DNA from: Octopus vulgaris
Lineage: Eukaryota
Direction: 5' to 3'
Assembly (NCBI GenBank): GCA_951406725.2
Contig: OX597816.1
Location: forward strand, 132,308,001-132,372,000
Length of the DNA: 64,000 bases
The translations under genes were made by a program, and so were the position numbers. The notes under the pieces were generated by a model that was not told where the DNA came from, searched no databases, and saw only the letters and a list, made by a program, of their open reading frames with translations. Position 1 is the first letter of the stretch. Each line of letters opens with the position of its first letter. Of this stretch, positions 39,600-52,358 are shown piece after piece.

Positions 39600-41990
39600 A
39601 TATCTCTTTATATACCGTTATTAAAACACTTCCTATCTGTGATTAGCTTATGCTACGGTATAAATGCCGGCAATCGTAAAGTAAAGCTCCACTGTTAGCC
39701 TTAATTAAATTCACCAATTAATATAATTGTATTTACTTGTAAATTGTTTATTCCATAATATCAACTGCGTCATATGACTAATATAAGTTGGGTTCATTTA
39801 ATTTACTGTAACTTATCTGAGATTAATTTAATTTACTTTTGATCCCTATGAAAAAATAAAGTGCAGCTTTGTGCCAGTATAAAACTTGTTTATAATTACC
39901 AATAACTGAAGGTTCTGAGATGATGCTGTATAGATAATATTGTAGGTAGTCAAAGAAAGCTTAGAATGTAACAGTGGCTCTTCTCACGTTTATAATTTGA
40001 ATCACGCGTGGCTTTTAATAACCTGAATTATCATATTATATGTATGTATTATTATATGATAATAATTACAAGAACTATGGAATATTTTGAGGACTCCCCC
40101 TACTATCCAGATGTAATGTTCATGGAATATTTTGGAAACACTCCACTTCATTGGTGGATATTTAAAGAATGAAGAAGGATGCATATTTAGCATCAACTAG
40201 TTTATTGTAGATATTTTGATGGATGCTATGCTATTACCATTGATTTTTGTCAGCTTTATCAATCTGTCTTCAAAATAGTTAAGCAGCATGTTGTGTATCT
40301 TGGCTAAATTCCTTTTTGTAGCTACCATATTGCTTCATTGTTTTGTTGGGGGTAGGTCCTCCTCCCAATTATCACTTAAATCACGTAACTTGTAGTGTTT
40401 TTGTGTCTGGGGATGATGCTGATTGCATTAATTACTCCAAATTTAGTTATTCGTGCTCAGGGAAATATTTTGGCTGGCACCTTGATAGTACGTGTGTATG
40501 ACATAACATTCCTTATAGTTATAACAGGAATAATAGCGCGCGTGTCTGTGTGTATATGTGTCTGTTTACATGCTAAACGCGAAGTATCGAATACAAACCT
40601 TAGTTAGAAATGTAGTCTTTTATAATTGTGTGTTGATAAACAAAATTATTTACTCATACCAAAAGTTTTTGAGCTGTTAGATGTTAATTTAACCATACTT
40701 GTTGGGTAAGTCTGACTCACCCATGATTATGGTTCATTTCCTTCAAAGTTGAAATACCTTGTACCTACGTTAGAAATCAATACTATTTGTTTTATGTTAA
40801 ATTATATTCTAGAACGTACTTCTCATTTTAATAATATAGATTCTAGTCTATTAATATTGATGCACAAAATAATACCTTGATAACTCGTGCACTTCTTCAA
40901 TATCACGACTAAATAATAAAACAACAGTAACAAACACGTTCTGTGTTTTTGCACATTCCATTTTCTATCTTTGATGTTCTACCGACATCTTTTGTTCTTA
41001 TTTTAAGAAACTTTTTCCCCTTTTGTTTTGCTTCTCTTATTTTATACAAAACAAAACAAAAAAAACGTTTGTTTTTGTTCGTTTTTCCTCCCACCTTTTT
41101 TATCAGTGGCATGTGCATGAGAAAAGAAATATACAATCTTAACCTTGTTCTAAAAAAAAATATTTATAACTTAGTATTTATAGCTAACCTCTGCCTGTGG
41201 TAGCACTGGCCTAGGTTAGTTTTCTATCTGAATGTTATTCTCAACAGGTACAGGAAATTCTTGTAGTACTAACAGCCAGTAGTAACATTAACATTGCCTC
41301 AGAATTTATACTAGTTCTTAACCAATGACAACTTCAGTACCTGATTTTCAACCAATCACAGCCTCAAAAGTCAGTGGTTAAGACTGATCTGCCTATCTCT
41401 TAATATTCACCAGTTTGACAGTCAGTGAAACATAAAGCTTACTAGCTCAGACCACCTTCCTTTTTCTTTTTCTACTTGCAAACCTTCAGTACTTCCCCCT
41501 AACTCAATGTTTTATTATTTCGAGAGAGAGATGATGATGATGATGGCGGTGGCGGCTGTGTGTGTGTGGCTATACACAAACCCGCGTACTAACACCTATT
41601 TTTATCCGAGTTTGTTTGGAGCTTTTGTTTGTTTGTTGGGGGAGTGTGTGTGGGGGGGGGGGCTGATTTTACAATAATTTTAGTCTTTATTTTATTCATT
41701 GTGTATATTTTGAAATCTTTCTTCTTTATTTGTTACAAAGCAAAGACTGTTGCAACATGTAAACAGATGTGGAAATATTGATGCTTAGATATTGTTCATT
41801 TCATAAAGTGTGAGTGTGTATGTGTGTCTGTCATTCTTTCCGCGCACGATAATGTGAAGGACCTTAACTCGCATGCCTGTCGATTTGTTTACAAGGAAAT
41901 ACAAGTGTTGAAAAAAAGTTGATTCGTAACAGACAGAAATATTAAATAAAGAACATTTAATTTCTAAATAATTATTTGGCCCTCTACGTG
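39600..41990. promoter_or_regulatory. CpG-retaining, promoter/enhancer-like intronic region
   Basis: Many CpGs in non-repeat sequence, unlike the rest of the window. Contains CACGTT (39985, 40935), CACGCGTG (40003), TCACGTAA (40381), twin CCAAT boxes (41322, 41352) and Inr-like TCAGT (41371). Confidence 0.45.
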
Positions 41991-42059
41991 TTTGTTAATT
42001 TCAAAACAATTTTTATCCCTTGTGAATTTAATGGACCGATTTGCTGTTCTTTGATTCCT

Positions 42060-42239
42060 ATTTCATTCAACTGGACCCCTATAGCCATTTGATGTTTTAG
42101 AAAATCCTATTTATATTTTTTTTAAATGTTAAAATATTTTGTGCATTGCAGAAGTATAATCATAAACTTTGACCACAAAATCTTATAGGGACCGCCCCGC
42201 CCACCTAGGGTCATGTAGACCCTGGTTGAGAAACCACTG
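42060..42239. mobile_element. hAT/Charlie-like MITE end fragment
   Basis: Ends GGTTGAGAAACCACTG followed by TTCTAGAA (NTCTAGAN Charlie target). Internal GGACCCCTATAGCCATT resembles the reverse complement of part of the 49416 element. Confidence 0.6.
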
Positions 42240-42251
42240 TTCTAGAATATT

Positions 42252-42464
42252 CTTTTTCTTGTTTCAGTCATTTGACTGCGGCCATGCTGGAGCACCGTCT
42301 TTAGCTGAACAAATTGATCCCAGGACTTATTCTTTGTAAGCCTAGTGCTTATTCTATCGGACCCTTTTGCCGAACCGCTAAGTTACGAGGGTGTAAACAC
42401 ACTAACATCGGTTGTCAAGCGATGCGGGGGGGGGGGACGAACACAGACACACAAAAAAAAATAA

Positions 42465-42510
<46 letters not shown>

Positions 42511-42641
42511 CGGACTTCTTTCAGTTTCCGTCTACCAAATCCACTCACAAGGCTTTGGTCGACCTGAGGCTAGAGCAGGAAACACTTGTCCAAGGTGTCA
42601 CACAGTGGGACTGAACCCGGAACCATGTGGTTGGGAAGCAA
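42252..42641 (-). mobile_element. Young family B SINE (CpG-rich) with internal (TA)n
   Basis: Minus: GCTTCCCAACCACATGGTTCCGGGTTCAGTCCC (B box)...CCTTGGACAAGTG...GTGAGTGGATTTGGTAGACGGAAACTGAAAGAAG...CTCCAGCATGGCCGCAGTCAAATGACTGAAACAAG. Confidence 0.9.
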
Positions 42642-42859
42642 ATATGAAAGTTGCAATGAACCTGGTCAAGATTTGAACTCAGAATGGATGAGGAATTAAC
42701 CAAATACTATATATCCAGTCTGCTACCAATTGATCATTCACCCATCTGTGTGTGTTATCAATATTCAATTTCTTTAGCTTTTTATTTTATGGGAGAAGGT
42801 TCTTATCAATCTCTTTTTTCATGCCTGCATGAGTTAGATGTGTCTTTTTGTGTTCAGTA

Positions 42860-43215
42860 TCTTGCCACTTGTCCTGATCATCTCCTTCATGATGTTCAAT
42901 CTCTTCAGATCAGCCTTTGCCACTTCTTTCCTATGTCGTCCTCCATTTTCATTCATGGGTTCCTTCCACTCGGATTGCTTGACACTTCTTAACCCAGTTG
43001 CCATCCACCGTACACATCACATGTCCATACCAGCATGATTTCCGTTGTGCACTACATCTGATTCCTCTGACATCCAATTGTTGCTTCAGCTCGTTGTGTT
43101 CTGCTGTTACACTATCAAAGCTTATCCAGCAGAGCATGCTCACGTCATTTCTTTGCAGCTTTTGCATTCAATATCTGTTATTTGCTGCAATGCAACATAT
43201 GCATTTCTCACACAG
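42860..43215 (-). mobile_element. RTE-clade LINE remnant
   Basis: ORF 42949-43167 (-) QKLQRNDVSMLCWI...LDVRGIRCSAQRKSCWYGHVMC...WVKKC...VEG matches the RTE post-RT motif (EMxMLRW...LRWYGHV). Confidence 0.85.
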
Positions 43216-46200
43216 GAAGGCTGTGATAATTAACTACCAGTCAAGTAATGGAGTTGAATACTACCCTCCCATAAAATGTGTGACATTGTGCCTATATTCA
43301 AAAACTATTGTTATGATCTAACCAAGGTAGTATAAAATGCCTTGTTTGTGTTTAGTGATAGCCCTTTAGATTTTGAGTTCAGATCCTTCCGAGACTGACA
43401 TTTCATCATGCTGGGATCAATAAAATAAGTAGCATTCAAGTCCTGGCGTTGGTATAATTGACTGTTCTCTCATACCAAGATTTTTGGCTTTATGCTTATG
43501 TAAGGAATTATTATTACTACTATTTGTTTGCAGTAATTTTCATGTGATTTTTTTCACTACACTACCAGGTAGATTTCATGGTTTCAATCTGTGTTATTAT
43601 ATCAAAGTTGATGTTTTTTGTTTTACTTTATTGTGAAAGCTCTTATAGCATTGGGAGTTGATTGGGTAAAATATAGGGTATGTGAGTTGTATTATGTATT
43701 GGTATGTGAGTTGTGATTTTTTTCTTCTCAAGGCTGGATTTTCATTAAAAATTTCTATGCCAAAGAATTCTGTCCTTTCATTTAACATCAAAGACTCAAA
43801 CATGACATAATGCTGCAGCTGATTCTTATAAAAAAATATTGACGTTACACTTTGCTCCAATTCTCTCCATTCCCTAACAATGTCTCAATCCTCTCTCAAC
43901 ATAAACATGTTAACTCCAGTAAGAACTTTAATCTTGTTACTGGCAAGGTAATCTTTATAGTGCTAATGCCATGCCAAAAACAAAAATCACAATGATGTTT
44001 TTAATCAGGTAGTTAACAAGATGAATTTACTCCCAAGCATTTGAAATAAAGAAAAAGGGAATGTGTGCAAGATCAATTGGAAGAAGTCTTTAAAATTAAG
44101 ATAGCAAGCAGAAACAATTACAAAATCATTTTAGGCTTTAATGCTGAAAATATCTGCGAACCTTTAAAAAAGACACAAATTTATTTTGTGCCTGTATGAT
44201 TTTGTATTTCTAGCAGATATTTACCGAATGTGTATGCAATATCCCCCATCCCCCTGCCATCATCATCATCATTTTAATTATCTATTTTCCAAGCTGGCAT
44301 GAGTTGGATGTGTCTCAATGCATCTCATTGCTGTCCATGTCATGTCATTTGGCCGACACCTCCACAAAGCCAGCAATCTTTGTTGCTGCATGTCTCACAG
44401 CTTAGGTTGGACATATTTTATCATGCTATCAACACCAAGCAGTTATCTATGGCTAGACTAAAAAGTTTGTTCTATCTTGTACTAGTTTCCATTCAAAGAT
44501 ACTGCTCTTCTAAATAAATAGCCTCTGGTGTGACTTGCAGAATCCACCTCTCGTTGCATACATTTTGGGTGTGGTTTTATGACTAGCTGCCCTTCCTAAC
44601 ACCAACTAATTTACTGGGTGCATTTCATCATGCTACTTGTCAACTATAAAAATATTCTGATAAGTTTTTTTACTGAGTTGCTATTTTACAAGTCCGTGAT
44701 ATGGCTTTGCAGAGTCTATGTACACAGGCATACACATTGAAAAGTCCTTAATTCTATGATATTCATTTATAAATTCTGTCACATTTCAGAAGGTACTTAC
44801 TTACCTTCTCCTTTGCTCTCTTGCTTTAAGGTTACTTTTTGCAAACTGTTTTCTTTTAACTTATTCTTCCTCCTTTGTAACTTGCATAAATCACCAAATC
44901 CTACTTATTCACTCTTTATATAATCATACTTTTTCAGTTTTTGTTGCTGTTGTTTAAGTTCAGCTCATCTCTGACAGCTGTTTCTCAATGTGGACAATAA
45001 CCAAGTAATTTCATTTTGCAAATTTATGGATTAGTAGAACCAATAGAGCACCAGACAAAATGCTTTTGCTATCTAGTTAGGACTCTTTGCATTCTGATTT
45101 CAAATCCAGCTGAGGTCAGCTTTGCATTTCCTCTATCTTTTAGTCAATGAAATAAGTACTGGTGTTGGTATAATATTACTATAAAGCATCCTAGTTGTGA
45201 ATGAAATTATTATGAAAAAAATTCTCGTTATTCATCATTCATCCAGTGCTTGGTTACTCTCTTGCACTCTCTAAGCATATCTTATTTTACTGCCCACATT
45301 TCATTATTATCTAAAACATTAGTGTATATTATTAAAAGGAAGTGGTTGGCGTTTACCCCTGATACATGCATCAAACTGTCTCATCAGTGAAGTTAGTTTG
45401 CAGATGTTCATCTTCCAAACTCTGCAATTATTTGATAATATGTTCTTGTCTTGAGCCTAGAAGTAGTGTTTCACACACTGTCATGTTATTTAATAGGCAT
45501 TTTGATGCTACTGTTTAAGTCACTTTCAGTTATTTTTCATACAGTTCTTTAACTTATCACGGGGCAATTGCTGAAGCTTCTATTGCAATTGAGTTGAGTT
45601 ACATATTTGATGCAGGTATAATTTTGTAATGTTTTTATATAGTCTGTGTACTGAAACTCTAATTCAAAGAAATACTTAAAATAATATTGGAGCAGAATGC
45701 ACTGAATGAATGTTTAACACTTGTTGCCAATGGGCTGCAATAACAGGGGACAAATCAAATGAGCTCTTTGGCTCCAGATTGGCCCTGATCATGCAGACTT
45801 ATAATTAAAAGCATTCTGTAACATATCTTTTATCCAGACACACTGCATGTATCTAGGACTACATTATTCAATATGTCCTTTTTAGAAAGACTGTAGGGTG
45901 TAATTTGAGAAAGATTTGGTTGATATTTCTAGCAAGCTTAGTGAACATGTAGAGGCACATTTGTTAACTTGAGTACATTCTCATACATCTCGTCAGTGAT
46001 TGGTGATCCCTCTCACACATACATTTTTCTATGGTTAAACAACAGCATAGAAGCTTTCTCATTGTCTAAAAAAAATTGTTGTACAGATTGTTGTCTGAAT
46101 TCTCAGACAGATTGTGAAAGTATTATATAATTCTAGAGTGAAAAATCAAGAATTATTTTAAGAATTTACTGTACAAGCTAGAAAGGAAGAAGCAGATCTC

Positions 46201-46834
46201 TTTTTTCTTTGTGTATACATGTTTCTCTAAACACATATGTATTGGGTATTCAATGAGATGTAAACTTAATAGTTGGCAATGAGATGTTTTATCAACTTTC
46301 ACAGTACTAAATTAAAGACTTCTTTATTCTTGAAATATTTCAGCTTTTCAGTAATGTGTAATGTATATCATTTTCTTTTTGTGCCTCTGTTACTTACAAG
46401 AATGCTATATTTCAAAATTTGGGGTTTTTTGCTTGTTTGATTTTTTTTTAGGCTTTTTTTTTTGGTTGGAGGGGTGCAGTTTGTATATATTCTATAGTTG
46501 TTACCAAATTGTCATTTCTAATCTAAATATTTATTTCACTTTTTGTTTAGTTCTACTTCCCCTCAAATGTTTTTTACTTCACCATTTAAACATTTAACGA
46601 TTGATTCATTTTGATGACAGGAGATGGAAGATTTGTTTTGAATTAAAATTTCTACCTCCAAAATGTTTTACAGATATTGGATTCAGGAATTTTCCATTAG
46701 ATTTTAACCATTATTGATCCAAAATATCATCTAAGTGTTTGTTTCATTACTTTAAGTATTTATTATGTCATTTCTTTATATGTAGTTCATTGCAATATAT
46801 ATATATATATAGGTACAGGCGTGGCTTTGTTATA

Positions 46835-47190
46835 GGTATAGGCTGTGTGGTAAGAAGCTTCCTTCCCAACCACATGGTTCTAGGTTCAGTCCAACTGTGT
46901 GGCACCTTGGGCAAGTATCTTCAACTATAGCACCAGGCTGGCCAAAGTCTTGTAAGTGGATGTGTGTGCATGTATCTTTGTGTCTGTGTTTATCCCCCAC
47001 CACCATTTGACATCTGGTCTTGGTGAGTTTATGTCCCCATAGCTTAGCAGTTCAGAAAAAAGAGATCAATAGAATAAGTATCAGACTTTATAAAAAATTA
47101 AGGTACTGAGTCAATTCAATCAACTAAAAAATTTTCAAGGCGGTGCCCCGGCATGACACAGTCTAATGACTGAAACAAGTAAAAGATAAA
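46835..47190 (+). mobile_element. Family B SINE, near full length
   Basis: GGCTGTGTGGTAAGAAGCTTCCTTCCCAACCACATGGTTCTAGGTTCAGTCC...GGCACCTTGGGCAAGT...ATGACTGAAACAAGTAAAAGATAAAA. Confidence 0.88.
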
Positions 47191-47524
47191 ATATATATGA
47201 CACTGATTCTGTCAAAGAAGCAGCATCCTTCATTTCCAATCTTCCATGGAAACATGTCCAGCCATGAGGAAATATTATCTTGCTTGGGAATAGGTAGGAG
47301 TTGGTGACTGGAAGGGCACCTGGCTATAGAAAAACTGCCTCAGCAAATTCCATTTGATCCATTGATAATGATGTCAGTGACAGTGATGGTACTGTGGTTA
47401 TGAAGATTGCTTTCCAACTGCATAGTTTCGATTTCAATTCCACTGTGTAGGCCCCTGGTCAAGTGCCTTCTTGTAAGTAGATTTGTTTGACAAAAACTGA
47501 AACAAGACTGTTGTGTGTGTGTGT

Positions 47525-47855
47525 GTATCTTTTTATCTTGTTTTATTAGGGTGAAGCCATGTTGAGACACTGCCTAGAAGATTTTTTAATTTTTTTTGAA
47601 TGAATTGACCCCAGTACTATTTTTTTTAAGCCTGATGTTTTTCTGTCAGTCTCTTTTGCTGAATCACTAAGTTACAGGGATGACAAACACCAACACAGAG
47701 ATACAAACACATAAATATATATACATATCGATACATATACATTTGATGGGCTTCTTTCAGTTTCTGTCTACCACATCCACTCACAAGGCTTTTTGTCAGC
47801 TCAAGGCTATAGTAGAAGACACTTGCCCAAAGTGTCACGCAGTGGGACTGAACTC
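47525..47855 (-). mobile_element. Family B SINE, inverted relative to the 46835 copy
   Basis: Plus strand shows CTTCTTTCAGTTTCTGTCTACC...TAGTAGAAGACACTTGCCCAAAGTGTCACGCAGTGGGACTGAAC. Confidence 0.85.
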
Positions 47856-48410
47856 ACTTTTCCAAAGTGGACATATTAAATAATTTAGTTCTAGATAAAA
47901 GCAGTGTCTGAATAAAGATATGCCAGAGTGCTTTTCATTATAAGTCTACTTGATCAGGACCAGTTTTTTTTATCCATTCTGCAGTTTATAGATCCATTTC
48001 AACCAAGAGAGTTTTGGGTTTTCTGACGAGCACCAGAATTGTTTTGTTTTTTTTTCTTTTTGAGTCTCCTGTGTGAAACCTATTGATAAAATCAGCTGAA
48101 ATGGATCTATAAAACTGCATTGTATAAACATTAACATATATTCATATGCCTCATCATCATATTCATTTTTTCCATGTTTACATCAAGCAGAATTCATTGA
48201 AGCAGATTTTCTACATCCAGGTGCCTTTCCAAGCAAGGCAGCATTTCCTCCATGGCTAGACATGTTTTTTTTTCACGAAAGAGTGGAAATGATTGATGTT
48301 CATTCACAACCATCATGTAGTGCATATAACACCATTACACACACACAAATACATATAGACATACACGTATACATATAGCTTGATAGTTGTGTGTGTGTGA
48401 GTATATGTGC

Positions 48411-48467
<57 letters not shown>

Positions 48468-48537
48468 TATATATATATAGCTTTATGTTGAAATATAAAG
48501 TTAGCTTTGTTGTCTGGTCTCCTCTTTCTCTCTCTCT

Positions 48538-48605
<68 letters not shown>

Positions 48606-48912
48606 ATCAAATTTCATCAGCACAGACTGTTATTGCCTTAAGTCATGTTGAGTGGAGTGGGTAGGGTGGTGGTGGGGAGGACTTAATTTAATATATCAGA
48701 AATAGACTGTGAGATATGCTTGTCTTAGCATTTCTTCAATTCGTTATGTAAAAACAAACGAACGAAAAATTTGAATTAAGATTGTTGTGTATAATAAGTA
48801 TATGGTCATAGAGTTCATTGATGTCTGGATTATTACTGCTGTCTGGCAATATAGATAGCATACTTGATAAAAGTCTCGAAAATATTTTGATAAGTTCTCC
48901 TGACACTCATGT

Positions 48913-48957
<45 letters not shown>

Positions 48958-49415
48958 ACTAATCCCTGTCATGAACATATCTAATTTATGTACTTTTCAT
49001 CTATTATGAAGTTAATAAGTTTTAGATTAAACCAAATTTAGCATTCATTCAAATACAGTTTTAGCTCTGTGTCTGACTTATATAACTTAGTAAAAATACG
49101 TGGCCCTTTGTTTAAGCTGTAAGTATTTGATAACCTATAAATAGGTCCAGGCATGGTTGTGTAACTTTTTTTAACAGCTTGCAACCATGTGGTTTTCAGG
49201 TTCAAGTTACAACTGCATGACTTGGGCAAGTGTCTTCTACTAAAGCCCAGACCAATCAATGTCTTGTAAGTGAATTTGGTAGACAGTAACTATGTGGAAG
49301 CCCATTGTGTGTGTGTGTGTTTATGCTTGTTTTAAACCCCTCTGTCTCTTGATAACCAGTAGAATAAGTACTAGACTTGAAAAATAAGTTCTGGAATCAA
49401 TTTGTTCAATTAAAT

Positions 49416-49713
49416 CAGTGGTTCTCAACCTGTGACTGGGGACCATGCAAGCAAAATGGTAAATTGGTTGCCCACAGTAGTATTTTTAAGGGTCAATGAA
49501 AACATTTTGTATTTATTGTAAGAAAACACAGAGATTTCTTTGTTTGATGTTTTACATAGTTCAACCTACGCAAGTTCATGTGTAAACAGCAAGATAGAAA
49601 TTTTGAAAGTACTGCTAAAACTAGTTTTTTAACATAGAATGGCTATGGGGGCCCACCAGGGTAAAATAATAATGAAAGGGGTCCATTGGTAAAAAAACAG
49701 TTGAGTACCACTA
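49416..49713. mobile_element. hAT/Charlie-like MITE inserted into a family B SINE (about 49145-49745)
   Basis: TIRs CAGTGGTTCTCAAC / GTTGAGTACCACTA. 8-bp TSD AATTAAAT (49408-15) / AATTAAAC (49714-21). The SINE tail resumes after it (CCCTTCAAG...AAAAGATAAA). Confidence 0.85.
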
Positions 49714-51200
49714 AATTAAACCCTTCAAGATGAAAAAGATAAACAATCAATGCCTACAGTATAATAGTTCTGAATTTACAAACTTCTAAGTTTTTGCTTA
49801 TAAATTATTATTACTATTTTAAAGTCTGTTCTATTCTCTTATAATAATTGGAAATGTATCTGTGTTTACATAGGACATTAAGTCTATAAACCATATCTTC
49901 ATTATAAACTTATCCATTTAAGTTCTACATTCAAATCCTACTGCAGCTCACATCTATTTCATCTTTTTTTTGGATCAGTAAAATAAAAATGCATCAATAT
50001 ACTGCAGACCCACGGTATTGACTATAGCTTCTCATTTATGAATTTGAACTATAGTACCAATTTCAGAGATTATCAAGAGCATAATGTAACGTATGCTAAA
50101 AATGGTAGAATACTGAATCTGGTATTCTACCATTTTTTAGCATGCCTTTCTTTTGAGATTCTATAAATTATGTATTAGTTATATACTGCTGTCAGTTTAG
50201 CCAAATATAAATTTCCAGCCTTGATTTCCTTCAATTACATAAACTGGGAAATAAATGCAGTGTATTCTTTGGTTTGGTAACAAAATCTACAGTTGTAATT
50301 ACTATTATATACTGCTATTTATCTTTATATATGGCTTGAATTAATTGGCTGGACATGTTGAGGTGTTGTGTTTATAGCTGGATGCCTTTCTTGAGGCAAA
50401 TCTGTTTTCCACATAAGAGATGTCATTTTTTATGGCTTCAAAGGCATGAAATGACCAAATGATTTGTTAACAGGAGAAACTGATGACACCTACCACCAAA
50501 CTTTAGTACAAAGCAAATGCAGATGTAAACACATTCATGTTCATACTTGCATACACACACACGCACACACACTCTCTCTCACACACACACACACACACAA
50601 AATGGTCTTTTAATTTCATAACTAATCTACTCAAAAAGCTTTGGTCAGGCCAAGACTATAGAATACAGCCTAAAATGCTGAATGGTGGGACTGAACTCAA
50701 AACCACATGTTTGGGAAGCTAACTTTTGAATCACACAACTATGAGTGTGTGTGTGTGTGCATGGTAGCTTATATAATTAGCATTTAATTGCTGAGAATTA
50801 AGTCTTCAGGTTATTTGGGAATATGAACTTATATATTGTGGGAATCAGACTTACTGGAACTGACCCTTGTCTTGTTAAAGTCAGCACAGTTTAAGACAAA
50901 TTACAGTGTCAGCTATTACGCAAATGTTAGGATTGCTCTCTTCACTTCCTCTGGAACATGTCCGATCTGGATTCTTGCCAAAAGAAATTTGGTTGGGATA
51001 TATTCTCACAGAAATACAGTGAAAACTTTATCCATGTTTATTTATTTGTTTATTTAAATAGCAATTCGGGAAGTTTTCCTTTTCTCTTTATTTTTGTTAA
51101 TAACTTTCATTATAATGTCATTGTGATGGAACATAGTTAAAAGACAGTTGGTCATTTACTACTTGTTACAATATTAGTAATATAGTTTGGTGATGATGAT

Positions 51201-51410
51201 GATTTTAAATTTTGGCACAAGGCCAGCAAGTTCAAGGGAGTGAGTAATTTGATAACATCAACTCTAGTGCTCAGCTGGTACTTATTTTATCAATTGTGGG
51301 AGGATGAAAGGCAAAATCAACCTCAGCAGAATTTGAACTCGGAACATAAAGACAGGTGAAATGCTGCTAAGCATCTTGCCCAGTATGCTAACGATTCTGC
51401 CAGCTCACTC
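51201..51410 (-). mobile_element. Family A SINE, well-preserved copy
   Basis: TTTTGGCACAAGGCCAGCAAG...CTGGTACTTATTTTATC...GGATGAAAGGCAAA...GAATTTGAACTCGGAAC...GCTAACGATTCTGCCAGCTCAC. Confidence 0.9.
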
Positions 51411-52326
51411 TTTTACTCTTTTACTTGTTTCAGTCATTTGTCTGTGGCCATGCTGGAGCACTGCCTTTTTAGTCAAGCAAATCGACCCCAGGACTTATTC
51501 TTTATAAGCCTAGTACTTCAGCAGAGTCTGTTCTGTTTTAAGCATTTGGCTCAAGTCTCTGGTTTGACAATGCCTTCATCCCACCCTGCTTCATTACTTT
51601 CCCTTCCATTAGCCTTGGAGGTCTTTTGAAATATTAATGGCACTGCTTTTTCTCTTGACTAAAAAAAAGGTAAATAAAAATACCAAAATATCACAAGGTT
51701 CCATGCCTAAGTAAGAAAGGAATACAAGTAATTTTATAAGTAATCAAATAGCCTGGGTTTATATGACGGTCTATGGTATTGTGACAATACTTGGTATGTT
51801 GTTTGGGTGTGTTTGTTGATAGTTATTATTGATATGGTGTATTATATTACTTGCTAAATTTGTGTGTGTGTGTGTGTGTATGTTTCTATGCTGTAGAGAT
51901 CAGATTTCCTTATTTTCAACAAATGTAAATTTAGCTGGCTTCAAAATATTGGATCTTGTTCACCACCACCATCGTCTTCACTGCCATCGTCTCCTTCTCC
52001 ATCTTTCACGATAGGTTAAATTTTCAAATCATATTTACTGACATTTGCTAACCATTAACTTCCATATTGCTATTTTGGCTGTCAATTCAGCAAATTGCTC
52101 TGGGTTTTTTTCCCATGATTCACAAATTACAAATCATTTTGTTTGTTGTTTGTTGTTTGTTTTAGCATAAACTGGAGTACCTGATACGTAGCAGGATGAA
52201 GTAGAAACTTTAAACTTTTAGTTATCAAAAGTCACTGACCTGTGGAAGATTTGTTGGATGTGAATGGTATATATATCATCATCATCATCATCATCGTTTA
52301 ATGTCGGCTTTCCATGCTAGCATGGG

Positions 52327-52358
<32 letters not shown>

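Noticed and set aside
45345-45390. Minus-strand CUGAUGA as another hammerhead (also checked CTGANGA at about 870, 3829, 48023 and 50481)
   Set aside because: No correctly placed GAAA, stem II or stem I complement.
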